Shown piece by piece: positions 61,339 through 64,000 of a stretch of DNA of 64,000 nt; position 1 is the first letter of the stretch, and each line of letters opens with the position of its first letter. The notes beneath the pieces are model-generated. The model did not search any database. It worked only from the letters and a program-made list of their open reading frames with translations, and was not told where the DNA came from. Source of the DNA: Psilocybe cubensis. Its lineage: Eukaryota. The stretch is taken from contig CM038998.1 of the NCBI GenBank assembly GCA_017499595.2, positions 2,232,001-2,296,000 of the forward strand, read 5' to 3'. The position numbers and the translations under genes were made by a program.

Positions 61339-62860
61339 TTATACGCTATTGGGGGATTTGTAATGTTCTTCGAAAACCTTTTTACTGAACTGCCCGAAGG
61401 TCATGTTACTTGAAAGGTGCTGATCGGTGTTCGGCTGCATAAACAATGCAAACGACTCTCTGGATATTTCTTCAGTTCCAGAGAAAGTCCCAACATTAAC
61501 GCAATGAGGGGTTGCTAATAGTCGTCCATCGGTAGCAATTTCGAGGGCCTCGCCCGTTTGGAAGGCGATGCAGCCTTCTGGAATCGACACTTTAACTAGT
61601 TGTGCGCCTCTGGTACGGATGTACAATCCAGAGGTGGGCGAAGGCGATTTAATAGTATCGCACGATCCATCGTTATTTCGGCGCAAAAACATAGCCTACA
61701 TCTGTGAGATAGAGTAATACAATGAAGACAATTTGCCTCACCGGACAAAGACCTGTTAACAGCGAGTGATCCAAGTGAAATCCACACCAGCTATCAACAG
61801 GAGGATTTTCAACAGAGACTGAGGTTGAAGACGGAGGGAAATAATGGAGCAAACGGGCTTTCGTCGTCTGTGAGTTCTTGATCAAGTCGGGGAGGGAAAT
61901 GGTGGAGTCAAGTAATTTAGATGATGCTATTAGTTGACGTTAATATCAAAAAAAGAAAAGAAAAAACTGAAGGAAGAAAAGGAATACCAAAAGGTTGGCA
62001 TGCTACCGCTAATTGGCATCCCACATTGAAGATAAGCCTGGAAATTGATATCAGTAAACGGCGACGATTGTCATCAATTTACACACTTAGAAAGATCTTT
62101 GAATGCTGTTTCAAAATTTTCCACCCCCTTCTCATCTGGCTTAGGCCCTGACCAGTGTAATAGTAAGGTGAGACTCAAAAAACACATACAAGTTACTTAC
62201 AGATATTCTTGCCGTAATATTCTGGGAAGAGTGCCCTCTCTTCAGGAGCTACGGTGGCATCTTCCACAATAGGGTTGGCATAGAAAGATCCTTTGAGGGT
62301 ATCTGTTGATCGCATAAGCACGGACTTACAGTTAAAACAGAAAGTAATATAAGTACCTGGTAATCCGTTCATAATTTCCTAACACCTTGTTAGGACAATG
62401 CGGCATTTAGATGGCAGTGTGGAAGTGATACCTTCCCATGAGACCAGCCGAAGCTGCATTTTCGTCAGTGATCAGCATCTGAGAATCCAGATCACGCACC
62501 TATATTTGCTACTGGGGTCAGAGTAGCTTTCTCGGACAGCTTCATCGAGATGTCCGAATTGGTAAGCCAATTTCAACAGCCGCTCTCGATATTGCGGATA
62601 ATCAGACAGTAGGTCGCGGACAACAATTAGCCCCAAAGACTCTGGGTCTGAGCCAAAGGCCCTTTCTGATGGCTGATGAGAATGCGATCACCTTGGGTCA
62701 ATGGTGGACAGTACCGATTGCTGGCCCCAAAGATTGTGGGGAAGAGAGCAGAGTGGGATACGAAATAACGACGGCGCCGTCTTGAGTGTATTCGATAGTA
62801 TCATGACCCTGTCTAAAAAGTGTGAATGCATTCGCCACGAATGAGTGATGCTCGTACCAT
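61339..62860 (-). CDS. 2-oxoglutarate/Fe(II)-dependent dioxygenase (IPNS/clavaminate synthase-like)
   Basis: M|GHDTIEYTQDGAVVISY, AFGSDPESLGLIVV, SFGWSHGKE, ARLLHYFP, WCGFHLDHSLLTGL (HxD), LATPHCV, SRESFALF. Confidence 0.88.
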
Positions 62861-63019
62861 CTTGACCGCTATATCTATCGCTCGGCGACATGGGGCCTGG
62901 GGGGTGTACACGGAGGATGCCGGCTGGGAATGAAACTGGGATCGAAACGTGTGTTTACAGTTTTCGTGCGGTTTCTGTTTGTCTCTGAAAACACATTTCT
63001 GCTTTCCTGGTCTCTCGCG

Positions 63020-64000
63020 ATGGCTGCTCCAAACGCAGTAGACGATTCTTCAATACCACCCGAAAACTGGGGTCCTCAAGATGACCAGTCCACAGGGCCT
63101 GCGGGCAACAGCCAATCCGCTACTGGAACATCTCTTCCTGTTGACGACCGTAGTACTGGCCAGGATCCTGAAAATTCAGATTATCCTCGTGGCTCCAGTG
63201 TACCCGACAATGAAACATTCCGTGAAAAGCAGGTCAAGGTGCTTAGGTCATTTCTGTCTGTCATTTGCTCGCTCGTTAGGAGCTCTTTTCTGGGTTTAGC
63301 ATTCTAATGCTGGGCTGCGACGCTCTCGAGCTTCTTACATTCTTGATGCCTTGCGTTGTTCTTTTGGAGGCTATTCTACTGCGTGCTATGAATACTTCTT
63401 TTGATTCCGTGTTCTGGACTGGTGTTTACTTTCTGCTGCGCAGCCGAACAAAGTCTACATTGGTGGTCTCCCTGAAAATACTCGTCAAGAAGATTTGCAA
63501 GGGTGCTTTGGGAAAATTGGGAACATCGTCAATATTGAACTGAAGTATGTGCTTCTTATTTCATTCGATCGTTCATGCTTAATTCGATGACAGAGTTGGT
63601 TATGGCTTTGTGGTGCGTGCATTCAAGATAGATAGCTCAACTTGATACTAACTTTTGTAAAGGAGTTTGACAGTAGAGAAGCTGCCGAAGAAAGTGTCGC
63701 CAAGTATAACGATGGGTTTTTTATGGGCAACCGAGTCCGTGTTGAGTTGTCACATGGAGGTGGTCGAACTGCTAAGTTCGCTGGAGATCCAGGAGCCTGT
63801 TTTAAGTGTGGCAATATGGGACACTGGGCAAGGTGTGGGATTAGTTCAATTACTCATCACTTTAACTCGGTTTTTCATGTTTAATATTTCCCAGAGAATG
63901 TCCAAATAACTTGGGACCGTAAGTAGTAGCGACTTTGCAACTTGTTTACTACCAACACCCTATTCCCAGTGTACATCGGAGGGCCAACTATGAGCCACCT
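63020..64000 (+). CDS. SR-like RNA-binding protein, RRM plus CCHC zinc knuckle (5' part; runs off the window end)
   Basis: PNKVYIGGLPE (RNP2), GYGFV|EFDSREAAEE (RNP1), RVRVELSHGG, ACFKCGNMGHWAR|ECP zinc knuckle. Confidence 0.88.

Noticed and set aside
19608..62860. Secondary-metabolite cluster built from P450, MFS, 2OG dioxygenase and glycosyltransferase
   Set aside because: Genes are dispersed among housekeeping genes, with no backbone synthase (PKS, NRPS, terpene cyclase or RiPP precursor) in the window.
582..63814. Numerous antisense and alternate-frame ORFs in the ORF track
   Set aside because: They overlap well-supported genes and have no independent motifs; treated as shadow ORFs.

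Overview
Gene-dense, intron-rich fungal genomic DNA with introns mostly about 50-60 nt. The split dynein and the gene content point to an Agaricomycete (mushroom-forming basidiomycete); this is an inference. About 27 spliced protein-coding genes can be read, mostly housekeeping: UMP1, RanBPM/Gid1-like, PEX10, ROMO1/Mgr2, a HAD phosphatase, Sba1/p23, Mdv1, an SprT/GCNA-like protease, a P450, RPS29, SmE, dynein heavy chain dhc2, THR1, mL43, an MFS transporter, CCA1, ROK1, GH72, SUR7/PalI, ATG26, a 2OG-Fe(II) dioxygenase and an SR-like RRM/zinc-knuckle protein. Several of them (UMP1, SmE) only appear after manual splicing and are absent from the ORF track. Points of most interest: (1) two divergently oriented paralogous secreted proteins share an uncharacterised His-motif core domain but carry different N-terminal modules; (2) the dynein heavy chain gene lacks the N-terminal tail; (3) a bromodomain-less BRD7/Rsc58-like protein; (4) a ~2 kb island of mobile-element relics with an LTR-like unit, a polypurine tract and hairpins; (5) unusual splicing, namely a 4-nt microexon, ATG-only first exons and a long PTC-bearing intron in the SR-like gene. 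No rRNA, tRNA or CRISPR features were recognised. Gene boundaries were read by eye and family assignments come from motif recognition, not database searches.
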